Shown in pieces: positions 38,101 through 52,600 of a stretch of DNA of 64,000 bases. The stretch's first letter is position 1. Each line of letters begins with the position of its first letter. This stretch comes from Geosiphon pyriformis uo1. Taxonomy: Eukaryota; Fungi; Glomeromycota. The translations under genes were made by a program, and so were the position numbers. The notes under the pieces are model-generated. The model was not told where the DNA came from. It saw only the letters and a list, made by a program, of their open reading frames with translations, and did no database searches. The stretch covers positions 186,001 through 250,000 of the forward strand of contig JAAOMT010000034.1 of the NCBI GenBank assembly GCA_016748015.1, written 5' to 3'.

Positions 38101-41100
38101 TCTATCTGTGAGAAGTTTTTTAATGATTATGAAAAGCAGAATTAAAATTGAACATTGAGAAATGTTACTTTAGAAAAACAAACTTAATCTTTCTTGGACA
38201 CATAATTAGTAAAGATGGAGTCAAACCAAATTCAAGAACAATCAGTGCTGTTAAAAACTTTTAAACTTCCAAAAATACCCCAGAGCTATGAGAATTTGTA
38301 GGATTAGCTTCTTATTATTGAAAACTCATAAAAAAATTCTTAAAAATTGTCAAACCACTCAATTATCTTACCAATAAAAATGTGCCATACTAATGGACTG
38401 AAGAACAACAAAAAGCCTTTGAAACTTTCAAGACAAAATTGATAACAGCATCAGTTCTTGCTTACTCAGACTTCAACAAACAATTTCAACTAGCCACTAA
38501 TATTTTACATATAGCATTTAGTGCCATTCTATTACAATTGGACAAAAATGACCAGAAGCAAGTCATTGTTTATGCTAGTAGAATACTTAAACCAACAAAA
38601 CTCAAATATGGCTCAACTGAATTAGAAGCTACTGCAATCATTTGGGCTCTTAAATACTTTCAACAATATCTGAAGAATGGAAAAGAATTTAACATCATAA
38701 TTAACAATATTGGCCTCAAATAACTCAATAAAAAGAAACAAAGTGCCAAACAGTTTTGATAAAATAACTTCCTAGCAGACTACAAATATATTGTATATCA
38801 CAAACTAAGAAAACTACACACCAATGTTAACAGCCTCTCAAAAATGAGACAAAATTAACACCAATAACAATTTTACCACAATTTATCAACCTACCAACAA
38901 AATAACAAAACAACAATAAATCCCAAAAATTACAACAATCTTAAAAACTATTTAGAGACTCTTACCATATCAAAAAATTGGTCTCCAAGTAAAAAACATC
39001 GATTACAACACCAATTCAAACAATATTTTATATATCATAACAAAATCTATTACAAAAATCACAGAAATTTAAACCAATCATTCAGATTAGTACAAGAAAA
39101 TGAAAATGAAACAATTCTATACAACATGTACACAGATCCTTTTTCAGCACACTTGAGAAAAGATGGAACAATTCAAAAAACTTTTGAATAATATTTTTGG
39201 TTTCACATGCAAAAAGATATTTGACAATATGTAGAATCTTGTGATAATTATCAAAAAAGAGGAAGAACTCACCCCACAAAATCTTTAAATCCAATCAAAG
39301 TTGAACAACCTTTTGACAGAGTTGGAATTGATTTAGTCAGACCATTACTTATTACAACCTAAGGAAATTGTTATATTGCAGTTGCAGTAGATTATCTTAC
39401 CAAATAGCCTAAAACTAGAGCCATTCAAAGAGCAAATGCAAAATCAGTAGCAAATTTCATCTATAAAGACATTATTTGTAAACATAGATGTCCAATTGAA
39501 CTCTTATCTGATCAAGAAGCACATTTTGTGAACAACTTGATACAAGAAATTTGTGAATAATTCAATGTCAAAAGACCTCTATTATCATCTTATTACTCTC
39601 AAACAAATAGATTTGTAGAATGTTTCAACAAAACATTGTGTGAATCTTTAGCCAAAGTTTCAACAGATTTTGAGCAGAAATGAAATATCTTTATTCTATC
39701 AGTGTTACTAGCATACAGAACACTAAAACAAGATACTATAAAACACACACCATTTGATCTTACTTATGGAAAGATAGCAATATTACCAATTAATTTCATA
39801 GTGAAAACATATTCAGTGCAACCAATCAATAAAGAAAACTTTCAAGAAACACTTCAAAAAAGAGCCTACACTCTCCTTAGTACATTGGAAGGAAAAAAAC
39901 ACATAGCAGCCACTTATATTAAACACTTCTAAGCTTTATAAAAAGAAAAACATAACAACAAACTGCCACCAGTTACTAACAAATTTAAAGTTGGAAATAA
40001 AGTTTTCTTACACAAAACTAAGGCTAAAAAACAATAGAGTAGAAAGTTTGAACATAAATGAGATGGACCATTTTATATCCACAAAATTTTAGGCAATGAA
40101 TTATATAAGTTAAGACTTAATAACAAAATACTAACAAAAGTTGCACATAGAAATTGACTAAAATATTATCATTCTAGAAACAATTCTGAATCATTAATTT
40201 CACAAATTGGTACATATTCCTCTTTAATTAATCCTGAAAATATTCCCCGAAATTTAGAACCAATAGTTATAATAAAACAATAACCAAACTTGAACACTTA
40301 ATTTAACATTTTATAATAACCCTTTTAAAAGACACAAAACATAAACCAAAAATAACAAATAATTACAAGAAACACTCAAACCCAAAAACAAATAAAAAAA
40401 CCCTATACTCAAAAATAATTTTCTTTATTTTTTTCAAATTTTGTTTATTAATTAGTCATTTTTATTATGATTATTCTCCGAAATATTCAACAAATATTCC
40501 AAAAATTAATGTTAGTCTTAAAAACACTTCCTAACTTATCTATAATGAATAATAAAAGTCAAATTAATTACATTCAGAAAAAAATCACAGCTCCAGTAGT
40601 AAATAATTCTCATAATTATCACCCTATAAAAAAAAGACAAGAAGTCACTCTGGAAATCAATTACCAAAACTTTTAAAACAAGCACTGAAAAAAAACCTTT
40701 TATTTGCCCCTATTGATATTTTACCAAATGCCACAATTCAATAAAAACTGGAACTTGAAACAACTAACATCATTTCAACAATTTTCAGACCAGATTGCTT
40801 CAATTATCTTGGACTACTATCTTAATATTACAGATAGTGCTTAGACTTTAATGAAGCTCAGTCTTAAGGAAAAGATTATGTTATCAGTAGAATTTTAGCT
40901 ATTAATTAGCATGAAATTATCCTCATAATTCCTATTATTAATTAGCATATATTATTATCATTTCGATTATTACTTATTATTTAATCAAATTATCAAAAAT
41001 TATTACTCAATCAATAATTCGATTTGTACCATAGAAATTAAGATAATCAAATTACACAATACCCTGAACCATTTAACATAGTCAAAATTTGTCAAAATTA

Positions 41101-41849
41101 ATAAAAATTGGCTGAAATAATTAATAGTTCAATGAAATAACTTGTAATTTGCTGAAATGTATCTTTAGTTTACCAAAATTGTAGCAAAGAGAAAAGTGCA
41201 AGTTTAAAAATTAGTACTATAACAAATTGTATAAAAGAAGAGCTTTTTTCTTCAAAAAAATGTATCTTCTCATAGTATTATACTATAGTATTTTACTTTA
41301 GATATCTTAATTGAAACAAATTTTCTTTTACACATATCAAATAAAAATTAAATATTCAAAAACCAAATTCTTTGATTATTACACTTGAAATTCCCTCAAC
41401 ACAACTAACATTTTGAAATTGATTAGCTACCAATTTCAGTAATCTGTTAATAACTCCAGACTTGGATAGAAAACGTTTCCCTTGACAAAATTCTATTTTT
41501 TTTATATTTTTTATATTTTCTTTTACTTTTCTTATTATAATTATTAGGGTAGCCTACAGATAAGATTTTTGTAGAAGAGTTGACTTTTACAGCAAAGTAA
41601 CTACACATTTTAGTAAGCTTTCAGATGAGCAATTCCTGAGAAAAAGTTGATATTTACTACAATGTAATTACATAAAGTAAATGGCAAGAAATTGGTTATT
41701 TCACTTATAAGCCCAGCAATTTAAATTATAGAAGATAATTTGAAAATAAATTCAGTTATTGAAGGTTCAACTACTTCTAGAAAACATGAATTTACAACAA
41801 ACAGACATTAACAACATTTAAGAAAAGAGACCAAAAACCTTCAGTAACA
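35179..41849 (+). mobile_element. Ty3/Gypsy element A (family B): end of gag, PR, Cys-rich domain, dUTPase, RT, RH, IN, ORF3, PPT, 3' LTR; 5' part lost
   Basis: Collinear with element 48095-57993. NAGYDL/KIVQ dUTPase ~36590-37020, RT ~37680-38250, RH 38439-38840, IN ~39100-40280. 3' LTR 40879-41849 (TGTTA…TAACA). Confidence 0.9.
40879..41849 (+). repeat. 3' LTR of element A
   Basis: TGTTATCAGTAG…CAGTAACA, preceded by PPT-like AAGGAAAAGATTA. Similar to the LTRs at 48095 and 57008. Confidence 0.9.
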
Positions 41850-44800
41850 GTGTCTTCAATTATTATACTGTTAAGTTACTAATAATCTACACAAAATCTG
41901 ATCTTGCTATTTTTTTTGACAAGCACTATTGGTAAGACTCAAAAACTTCTTGATAGTTGAATTAGTCTATTGTTGAATATTTCTGAATTTCTTTCTTAAT
42001 GAATTGGTGGCTGGCAAGTAAGACTTAATAGGCTTGTTGTCATTTTGGTAAAGCATCTTTTGTGTGAATTTGATGCTTTACAATGTTTGTTTTTCTCAAA
42101 TTATTGTTGTTTTTGACAAATATGTTAGCATATTTGGTAATTAATTGTTTTAATTATTTTTGTTGTTAGGGTTTCAAGAGATTCATATTGATTTGAAAAA
42201 GTTTTTAGTAATAAGCAAAATATTTAGGTTTGAGAAAAAAGTATGTCTTACAATTTTAATAAAATTAAAAACAATCTGAAGGGTTTTGTTCTAAAAGATA
42301 TTGCTATAAATAATTTTAATTTCTAATTTATTTAATAAAACAATAAAATAATTATTGAAGTTATAGAATATAACTTGGAATTTTTTTATTTTTATTGAAC
42401 CAAAATCTTGAATTTTTCTATTACTTTTACCTAATTGTTCTCTTTGATTAATTGATTATAAACTCAAAATTTTAATTAAAAATAGATAAATAGCATGAGT
42501 AATTTTTTTAGCATGTTTAATCTTGAATGGTTTATTAGATTTGTTTTGTAACATAATTGTAATGTTTTCTATATATCTTGTATTTATAACTTTTCTTTTA
42601 ACATTAATTTCTTTGCTTGTCAATAATTATCAAAAAGCAATTTAAATTATTGCTTTTGGTGCTATTTTGAAAGCAATTTTTAGATTAATTTTTATTAGAA
42701 ACTTGAGTTAAAAAACCACAATATTTTTGCTAAAATATCATAAATTATATTTTGTATCAATTTTATGAGCTTTTTCAGGCTTGATTCTTTGATCATTATT
42801 GTCAAAGTATTTAAGTTGTAAGACTAATTAATTTTTAAGCTGATAAATTAGTGTAGTTGGCAGTTTTTTTTTTGGTTCAAGTTCTCCAAATTTGATTTTT
42901 TCTTAGTTATTTTTGCTAAACAAAAAAATACTAAAGACATAGTATTTTAGATACTATTTGTCATCACAAAACATGATGTATTTTTTGCACAATTAAATGT
43001 TTATTTGCTCTAATTATTGAGCTTTTGGATTAGGTAAGTGTAACTTGTGATTTGGTAATAAGTTTTGACTTTATTTTTGTAGTTATATCTAGCAATTTTA
43101 AAAGTGTATTTAATGTATTTGACTTCTTTTATCTGGTAGACATCTTTTTGGATTTCTCTATTGATTAGAACTATGACCAATTTATAAATTATTTCGATAT
43201 TATGTGAGTAATAATAAAGTTTATTGAGAACACTATTATATGTAACATTAAATAAGATTTTTTTTTTTACTTTTTTAGCAATTAAAAATGCATATTGACA
43301 GGTTTAATTACAGATTTTTTTATTATTATAACATTAATCTAATTGTATTCTTTTGATAGTAGTTCTTTACATATAAGACAAAAAATATTGTTTTATTTTT
43401 TACTTTGTTTGAGATATTCAAATCATTTTTAATGGCAGATTTTATAGTAATAGCAAGTACATATTTTATATTTTTTTTCTAGAAATATTTAAGCTTTCAT
43501 AAATAAAAGCTTTTTCTTGCAATTTTTGTATTTAAGTAAAATATATAATGGCTGTTTTTATGGTTCTGGTTTGGAATAATAGACAATATTTCATCTTTGA
43601 GTTTCTTCAATAATTTTTTGTTCTGTTTTTTTAGCCTAATTAAATTCTAATCCAAAAGTCATGTAGGTTTTAGTTATTGGCATTCCTTTTTTCTCTTCAA
43701 ATTCAAACACAAAGGCTTTTTTTAATTGTTTATTAAAAGTATTATAAATAACAGATACTCTGATGTATTGTTCTTGGTATAAAATCTTGAGTTTTTGGGT
43801 TTTTTAATCTAAATTTGTATTGGTTTTAAGAAGCCAGTCATTTTTGATAAAAACTTGATATTAAGGTACATCTATAACTAGAACTTTAATTGAAATAATA
43901 ATTCTATTAATAGTGAATAAGAAGTTATCAATTTTTTTTACTGGTGTTTTTTTCATATTATTTGTTGTAAAAATAACTGTTTAAGCAGATTTGTTAATGT
44001 TTTGTTATAGCTGTTGTATTAACTAATAGATAATAATATTTTTAGTAAATTTATTGTTTAAGATTAACCAAATTGGTTTTTCTTTAACTTTGGCTTCTGT
44101 GTATATTACTGTAATTGTCTTTTGTTCTATAACTGCTATATTACTAAGTAAGAATAGTGATTCATTAGTTTTGAATTCAAATAAAAAGATATTGAAAAGG
44201 TTAGCATTTTGGGGAATTTGGGCTAATAGAATAATATTATTAGGAAAGTTTTGTCTTGAGACTACAGTTTTACTTTTAAAAAATGCAGTTTGTTAAAAAT
44301 TCGATTTTTTTGGTATTATAAGATAACTAGGTTGGATATAAAAGTGATTAGATTTTTGTTGAACTGGATTTTAGAAACTATTTGATTGTAAAGATTGAAT
44401 TGGTTATTGTTTATTGTAAATTAGTTTTGTGGTATAATTTAGTTTTGCTGAACCAATGTTTGAACAGATATTTAGTATTGCTGAACTGGTAATTAAAAAT
44501 ATTGTTGTTAAGTAAATTATAGAATAAATTAATAGTAATTGTTCTGATACTAAGATCTTAGTAGATAATAAGTTGGTAGTAGAAGTTGGTAGTAAGATTG
44601 TTAAGATTGGAAATAATGTTGATCATTTTTTGATCATTAGTCTTTTTGTATTTTTTAGCAATCTTGTTTTCAATGTTCTAAAATTCCACAATAATAGCAG
44701 TTCTAAGATTAGTTGTTGAATAATAATAAGGAAAAACTGTTCTAATTTTGTTATTGTAATGACTAGTATCTTTGTTATTGCTGTTGTTATTGGTAATTTG

Positions 44801-45485
44801 TAAAATAGTTTTCTATTTTCTTAGTAAATTGATCAATTTTTTTTCAACTGTTAAGCTGGTTTTGCTAATTGCAATATTGATAAGTTTGATGTGATTTGCT
44901 TTTTTTATTGTTATTTTATGGTTTTTTGTATGTTAAATAACTGTAGTTAAGTTTATTAGAACATAAAAACAAACTTTCTTGATTAATTTATTTTTTAATT
45001 CAGCAATAAATTGATCCAAAACCTGGATATTGGAATAGTAGTTATTGGTTTTCAATTGTCAAATTCATTTAAGAAGTTTATTAAATTTCCCAAGATAAGT
45101 TATAATAAATTCAGATAATTCTTGTTTGATGTTTCAAAATTGGTTTTAAAAAATAATAAAGATGTTGTTGCCAGTAAATTGTTTTAGAAAAGCTTTTTTA
45201 AATACTTGCCAAATTCTAAAAAGTTTATCTAAGTTCTTAAATTATTCATTTGCAATTTCTTAAAAAAAATAAAAAAAAATTTTTGGCATTTTTACTGTAT
45301 TTTATTCATTTGTATCTTCTACTTTCTGGATTTTGTCAAGCCATTTTTGTGGGCTGGTATTAGTATTTTCTTTAATAAATTCAGTAATTTTTGTAATATA
45401 GATAGTTGCCATGTTTTTTGTATTTTTGTTTTTATCAGTTTCTTCTTTGGTAAATTTAAAAATGTTTTTGTTGTTATCAGAGTGG
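41850..45485 (-). mobile_element. Older family-B element D (gag-PR-Cys-rich-dUTPase-start of RT), heavily eroded; element A inserted in its RT
   Basis: Collinear with 52410-56300 of element B but more AT-eroded. Internal deletion after the dUTPase GFGS motif (~42395). Confidence 0.8.
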
Positions 45486-46293
45486 TGTTATAAATAATTA
45501 TTTGAGGTATTGATACAAATAACAAATTTGTAACTTGGTGCTTAATAGCTAAATAATATTAATAATATCTGAAAGTATTGGTTGATCTAAAGGTTTTGGT
45601 AAAGTTTTTTGTATAATAGACAGAAATTCAATGGTTGTTTCAGTAGTTTTTTAGAATAATAATTCTATCAAATTTTTTTCTTCAGTATAATGGCCAGTTT
45701 ATTCTGGCAGTCATGTTCTTTTGATAAGCTATTCTTAAATTTTTATACTCTATACTCTTATTTTTGGGTCTTTTACTAAATTATCCTTAATATTAATTAT
45801 TCAGTACTTAATTTTTTTAATTAATTAGTAAATTAACAAACAACAAAAAAAATAAAAAAAAATAAAAAATTAGTATTTCATCAATAGTTGTAATCAAGAG
45901 CTATTGTTCTAGTATAATTAAGTATTAGATATTATTAATATAAAGTGTTAATAACAGATGAGTGGTGAAGATTTTCAATCAAATAACAATAACATAAATT
46001 AGATGATAATAAATATGTTTATTGAATATTTTGGTAAATTTACTTTGGTTAATAGTAATTATTCATAAAGTAAAGGTTAATTAATAGATAAGAAAAAGAA
46101 ATGCTAAAATTAAAACTGAACCAAATACTTTTCTTACTTTTAATACTATTATTATATATACATAGTTGATATTATACAAGATTCCTGAAATCCTGTAATT
46201 TTTTTAGAGAAATTCTGAAATTTTTTTATTACTATGTCTACTTCTAATTGGCTATTTCTCTAATTATAATATTCTTAATTTTTATAAATAACA
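45486..46293 (-). mobile_element. Family-C-like LTR without PBS or matching TSD
   Basis: TGTTAT…ATAACA termini, shares caccaagttac…ttgttattt with LTR 58847-60574. Flanks are GTGG and CTAT. Confidence 0.7.
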
Positions 46294-46600
46294 CTATTAA
46301 TAACTTTTAGACCTAAACTCAAAACAACTTTTTTAATATTTTTTTAGTTTAAATTTATTTTTTGTTTTTTTATTGTTTTTTATATTATTAAGTAATCTAT
46401 AGTCAAAATTTTCTATAGAAAAATTGACTTTTATAATAAAATAATTATATATTAATTAAAAAGCTTACAGACAAAATTTTTTTGTAAAAAAATTGACTTT
46501 TACTGCAAAGTAATTATATAAACAATTGGTATAAAATTGGCTATTTTATAATAAGTCCAATATTATATATAGTTTAAAATATAAAAAAATACTTTAGAAA
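46294..46600 (+). repeat. Eroded fragment of a family-B LTR
   Basis: Matches 41444-41710 (ctgttaataactccagac…ttgacttttac…). Confidence 0.55.
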
Positions 46601-48094
46601 AAAAATTAATTTATTAAAAATTTACTAACTTCTATCAACTACAAAATTAACATTAAACAACATTAATAATATTAAAAAAAAATAAAAAAACTTCTAATAA
46701 TACCATAAAAAATTTATGTTTTTAATTTTATATAGAAAAAAATTATAAAACTTTTTTTTTAAAAAAAATAAAAACATTTTATCTTAATTTAAATCATTAT
46801 AAACTTTATAACTATTAATTAATTCAAAATTTGTTATAATTTTATTTTTTTTTATTTTTTTTATTTGCTTTACAAATGAGATCCAAACATCACCTAGTGT
46901 TATACATCAAAAAAATAATCTATACTAAGCGTGAATTATGCATTTCCCACACATGACCAGTTACTTGGGCCAATCAAAACAACACTATGCAGCTATGTGG
47001 ACTGAAACTAAGTTATCTATGCCTGAAAAAAACAAACAAGATTTGCAAAAGCCAAAACAAACACCAAAAGCATCAGCAATACCAAACAATTTGACCATTC
47101 CAGCCAAGACCAGAAACTGCCTTCTAGGAGTCCACATAAGATTCCAATAACTGACATCGAACAGAATCATCAATCTTACAAGAAAACATATGATCTGATG
47201 TCTTCACATCACCACAATATAAGCACAAAACACTTGAATAGAGTCTATTATAAAGGCACTTCTGAATAGCAATCAGCAGCCAGTAGTGCAGAGCTTTTAT
47301 GAAATAAGAACATGCATTAGCCAAGAGTTTGCTGGTAAAACTGGCAGTCATGCACAAGTTAAAGTGCCAAACCAAAGATGAATAGAGCCAATCAACCTCA
47401 GAAAGCAAACTGTCTACCAAAAATCTGGAACCAGAACCAATCTCCCAGTATATATGACAAATTGAACAATAAATATCACGGACAAAATGTCTGGAATTGC
47501 CTGAAACAACACCATCATTAGCCATTATAAAGCATTTATCCAAGTGAGGAGGAAGGCGCCAACTAAAGAGAAAGGCATTATTAGCAATCATGTTTGCATG
47601 CTTATTCCCTAAAACACCAGAGTGATCTTTAAACTTATGCCAACTGATTTTCAAATTCTTACTGTGAATAACATTGACAATATGACAATGCTTTACTCAA
47701 TACTAATTATAAAAGTTGGGACACGCCAGACCCAATTCTGATCTACAGGCATCCAAAGCAGATTGGCTATCCAAAAACAATTTAACAGAGCTCAGTAAAG
47801 GAACATACTTTAAAACCAGAACAATAGCCTGCAACTCCACCAAAGTAGACAACATCAATCCTGACATACCAATACCCAAACCCAAATCAATGTCTTTAAA
47901 ATAAGTAACAATGCCAGCTCTACAGCCAGTTGTGTCCAGACCACTAAGAGACTTATCTGTATACACTGACAAACTGTCAGCACTAACTTGTGAGAGATAA
48001 TTACAGACAGAAACAAAATCATGAGACTTAAGAATGTTCAAAAAACTAACACTATTCAGAGATGAGAGGCGAGTAAGAGAGAAATCTTTACCAT

Positions 48095-49083
48095 TGTTAC
48101 CAAAGGTTTTTGGTCTCTTTTCTTGAATGCTATAACTGTCTGTTGGTTGCAAATTTACGTTTTCTAGAAGTAGTTGAACCTCCAATAACTGAATTTATCT
48201 TCAAATTATCTCCTATAATTTAAACTACTGGGCTTATAAATAGAATGACCAATTTTTTGCCAGTTACTTTATGTAGTTATGTTGTAGTAAACGTCAACTC
48301 TTTCCCAGGAATTGCTCATTTAGAAGCTCACTAAAAATGTGTAGTTACTTTGCTGTGAAAGTCAACTCTTTTACAGGAATCTTTTCTGTAGGCTATCCTA
48401 ATGATTGTAATAAGAAAAGAAAAAAAAATAAAAAAAATGTAAAAGAAATAGGATTTTATCAAGGGAAATGTTTTCTATCCAGGCCTGAAGCCACTAACAG
48501 TTTACTGAAATTGGTAGCTAATCAATTTCAAAACGTTAGTTGGGTTTTGGGAATTTTCCAAGTGCAATAATTAAAGAATTTGGTTTTTTGAATTATTTGA
48601 TATTTATTTCTTTTTGTGTGTGTAGAAATGGTTCTAAGTGATAAATCTAAAGTAAGATATATTTTCTTGAAGAGAAAAGCTCTTCTTTTATACAACTTGT
48701 TGTAGTACTAGTCTATGAACTTGCACTTTTTCTTTTTGTTCAAATTTTGGTGAACTAAAGATACATTTTGATGAACTACAAGTTATTTCGCTGAACTATT
48801 AATTAATTTGGATGAACTATTTATAATTTCGGCGAATTTCTATAAATTTTGGCGAATTTCTGTAAATTTCGGCAAATTTTAGAATGTTACAAAGTTCAGG
48901 GTATTGTGTAATTTAATCATCCTACTTTTTGTTATACTAATTGGATTATTTAATTGAATTGTGATATGTGATAATTGATTAAATAATAAATGATAATTTG
49001 AAATAATATTAATATACTAATTAATTATAAAAATTATAAGGGTAATTTCATGCTAATTAATAGCTAAAATTTTACTGGTAACA
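48095..49083 (-). repeat. 3' LTR of element B (989 bp)
   Basis: TGTTA…TAACA termini. PPT GAGGAGGAGATTA immediately upstream on minus (~49084-49096). Confidence 0.95.
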
Positions 49084-49117
49084 TAATCTCCTCCTCAAGA
49101 CCGAGCTCTGTTGAAGT

Positions 49118-49771
49118 CTAAGCACTATCTGTGATATTGAGATAGTGATCCAAAATAATTGAAGTAATCTGGTCTAAAAATTGTTGAAATTTCAGTTCTG
49201 TGAGTTTGCCAATATATTAGACTTTCATTGGTTGCAGTATTAGATTTTGTAGAACATTTTCACAAGTATTAAACAAATCATAGAGTCTAAAACCTGCTCT
49301 AAGTTTGTAGCAAGTGTTTGTTGGTCCAGCTGCTGTTTTGAATTTATTATGAATTTGTTTTTGTATAGCTTTAGGAATAAGATTTGTTGTTTTAAGTTCC
49401 AGTTTTCGTTCATAAAGTGTTTTTTCAATGTAAAAATATTTATAAATAGAGGTGTGTTTATTGTTCTGTTTATTAAGAAGTAGTAGAAGTTTTTGTTGCA
49501 TTGTAGTATTTGGTGGAATGTCAATAGGGGCAATTAAAAGATTTTCTTCCAATGCTTGCTTCAAAAGTCTTGGTAACCTATTTTTAGAGTGACTTCTTGT
49601 TTTTTTTTTCTAGGGATGATAGTTCTGTAAATGATTTACTACTGGGGCTGTGGTTTTTTTCTGAATGTAATTAATTTGACTTCTATTAATCGTTATGAAT
49701 AAGTCAGGAAATGTTTTTAAGACTAACATTAACTTTTGGGATATTTGTTAAATATTTCGGAGAATAATCAT
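49118..49771 (-). pseudogene. Extra ORF (ORF3, ~217 codons) between integrase and PPT
   Basis: ATG at 49771 is in frame with ORF 49217-49564. Internal stops are consistent with C>T/G>A changes. Homologous ORF starts at 40467 in element A. Confidence 0.65.
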
Positions 49772-49939
49772 GATAAAATTGACTAATTATGAAAAGAAAA
49801 AATAAAGAAAATTATTTTTGGATATGGGGTTTTTATTTGTTTTTGGGTTTAGGTGTTTTTTGTAATTATTTACTATTTTTTGTCTTTGTGTTTTTATTAA
49901 AAAATTATTGTAAAATTTAAGTGTTCAAGTTTGGTTGTT

Positions 49940-52600
49940 GTTCTATTATAATTATTGGTTCTAAATTTCAGAGAAATATCTTCAGGATTAATTAAAGGGG
50001 AATGTGTACCAATTTGTGGAATTAATGTTTTAGGATTGTTTCTGGAATAATAGTGTTTCAATCTGTCTCTATGTGCAACTTTTGCTAGTATTTTATTATC
50101 AAGTCTTAACTTGTATAATCTATTGCCTAGAATTTCGTGAATATAAAATGGTCCATCCCATTTGTTTTCAAATTTTCCACTCCATTGTTTTTCCGTCTTA
50201 GTTCTGTATAAGAGAACTTTATTTCCAACTTTAAATTCATTGGTAATAGGTGGTAATTTGTTGTTATGTCTTTCTTTTTGTTGAGCTTGGGAATGTTCAA
50301 TGTGAGTTGTTGCTATCCTTCTTTTTCCTTCCAGTGTATTGAAAAGAGTGTAGGCTCTTCTTTGGAGTGTTTTTTGAAAGTTTTCTTCATTGATTGGTTG
50401 TACTGGGTATGTTTCTACTGTGAAATTAATTAATGTTGCTGTTTTTTCATAAGTAAGATCAAATGATGTGTGTTTCATAGTATCTTGTTTTAGTGTTCTG
50501 TATGCTAGTAACACTGATAGAATAAAGATATCCCATTCCTGCTCAAAGTCTGTTAAAACTTTGGCTAGAGATTTACACAATGTTCTGTTGAAACATTCTA
50601 TAAGTCCATTTGTTTGAGGATAATAAGATGATGATAGAGGTTTTTTGACATTGAACTGTTCACAAATTTCTTGTATTAAGTTGTTCACAAAATGTGTTCC
50701 TTGATCAGATAAAAGTTCAATTGAACATTCATGTCTACAAATAATGTCTTCATAAATGAAATTTGCTATTGATTTTGCATCTGCTCTTTGGATAGCTCTA
50801 GCTTCTGGCCATTTGGTAAGATAATCTACTGCTACTGCAATATAGCAATTTCCTTGGGTTGTGATAAATAATGGTCCGACTAAATCAATTCCAACTCTGT
50901 CAAAAGGTTGTTCAACTTTGATTAGATTTAAAGGTTCTGTGGGGCAAGTTTTTCCTCTTCTTTAACAACTATCACAAGATTCTACATATTGTCAAATGTT
51001 TTTTTGCATCTGAGGCCAAAAATAATGTTCAAGAGTTCTTTGAATTGTTCCATCTCTTTCCAAATGTGCTGAAGAAGGATCTGTGTGTATGTTGTATAGA
51101 ATTGTTTCTTTTTTATTTTCCTGTACTAATCTGAGTAATTGGTTTGGGTTTTTACGATTTTTGTAATAGATTTTGTTGTGGTGTATAAAATACTGTTTGG
51201 ATTGGTGTTGTAATCAATGTTTTTCACTTGGAGACCAATTTTCTGGTATAGTAAGAGTCTCCAAATAGTTTTTGATATTGTTGTAGTTTTCTGAATCTAT
51301 TGTTGTTGATTTTGTTGTTTGTTCTGCTGTTAAGTTTGTTGGTGTTGATGTTGTTATTAATATTGTCTCATTCTTGAGAGGCTATCAACATTGGTGTGTA
51401 GTTTTTCTGGTTTGTGATGTACAATATATCTGTAGTCTGCTAGGAAGTCATTCCATTAAGACTGTTTGACACTTTGTTCAATTTTCTTTTTATTAAGCCA
51501 TTTGAGGCCAATATTGTCAGTTATTATGTCAAATTCTTTTCCATTCTTCAGGTATTGTTGAAAGTGTTTGAGAGCCCAGATGACTGCAGTGGCTTCTAAT
51601 TCAGTTAAGCCATATTTGAGTTCTGTTGACTTGAGTGTTCTGCTGGCATAGACAATAACTTGTTCCTAACCATTTTTATCCAATTGTAATAAGATGGCAC
51701 CAAATGCTATGTGTGAAACATCAGTGGCTAATTGGAATCATTTGTTGAAATCTGGGTAAGCAAGAACTGGGGCTGTTGTCAATTTTGTTTTGAGAGTTTC
51801 AAAAGCTTTTTGTTGTTCTTTAATCCATTTGTATGGTACGTTTTTGTTGATAAGATAATTGAGTGGTTTGGCAATTTCTGAAAATTTTTTTATGAATTTT
51901 CAATAGTAAGAGACTAATCCTACAAATCCTTGTAGTTCTGTGGTATTTCTGGGAGTTTGAAAGTTTTTGACAGCACTGATTGTTCCAGGGTTTGGTTTGA
52001 CTCTGTCTTTGCTTACAATGTGTCCAAGAAAAATTAAGCTTGTTTTTCTAAAGTGACATTTTTCAATGTTTAATTTTAATTCTGCTTTCCATAATTATTG
52101 AAAAACTTCTTGCAGGTAAATAAGATAGGCTTCAAAGCTTGGTGAGTACACATTAGTGTTCTTAAGATAAACAACTACTAATTGCCATAAGAGTTCTTCA
52201 TATACAACATCCATGAGTCATTGGAATGTTGCTGGTGTATTGCAGAGTTCAAAAGGCATAACATTGAACTCATAGTTTCCTTCTTGTGTGGTGAATGCTG
52301 TTTTGGGTCCATTTCGACTTGTCAGTATCCACTTTCCAAGTCTAAAGTTGAAAAAAACTTGGCTTTTCCTAGAGCATCTAGCATGTCATCAATTCTTGGA
52401 AAAGGGTAGGCATCTCCAATTGTTATACTGTTCAATTGGTGATAGTCAACACAAAATCTGATTTTTCCATTTTTCTTTTTGACAAGGACTACTGGTGAGG
52501 CCCAAAGACTTTTTGATGGTTAAATCAATCTATTATTGAGCATTCTCTGGACTTTTTCTCTGATGAATTGGTGGCTGGCAGGTGGCACTCTGTAAGCTTG
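49940..52600 (-). pseudogene. pol: pol RT-RNase H-integrase (HHCC, DDE, GPF/Y domain; no chromodomain)
   Basis: [10 protein letters not shown]-like, RFCVDY, LDLESGY, eroded YLDD (YLKNTN), RH LATDVS/ELEA/TDN, IN GIDLVGP/SDQG.HF/NGLIE, KWDGPFYI, EPIIII tail. Confidence 0.92.

Noticed and set aside
47703-48185. 160-aa ORF fusing LTR sequence to LINE RNase H
   Set aside because: Chance in-frame junction created by insertion of element B; non-ATG start and a damaged RNase H motif (YTDKS).
49897-50050. Chromodomain or env at the end of pol
   Set aside because: IN ends after the GPF/Y domain with an EPIIII tail. No aromatic-cage motif, and ORF3 lacks TM/signal features.
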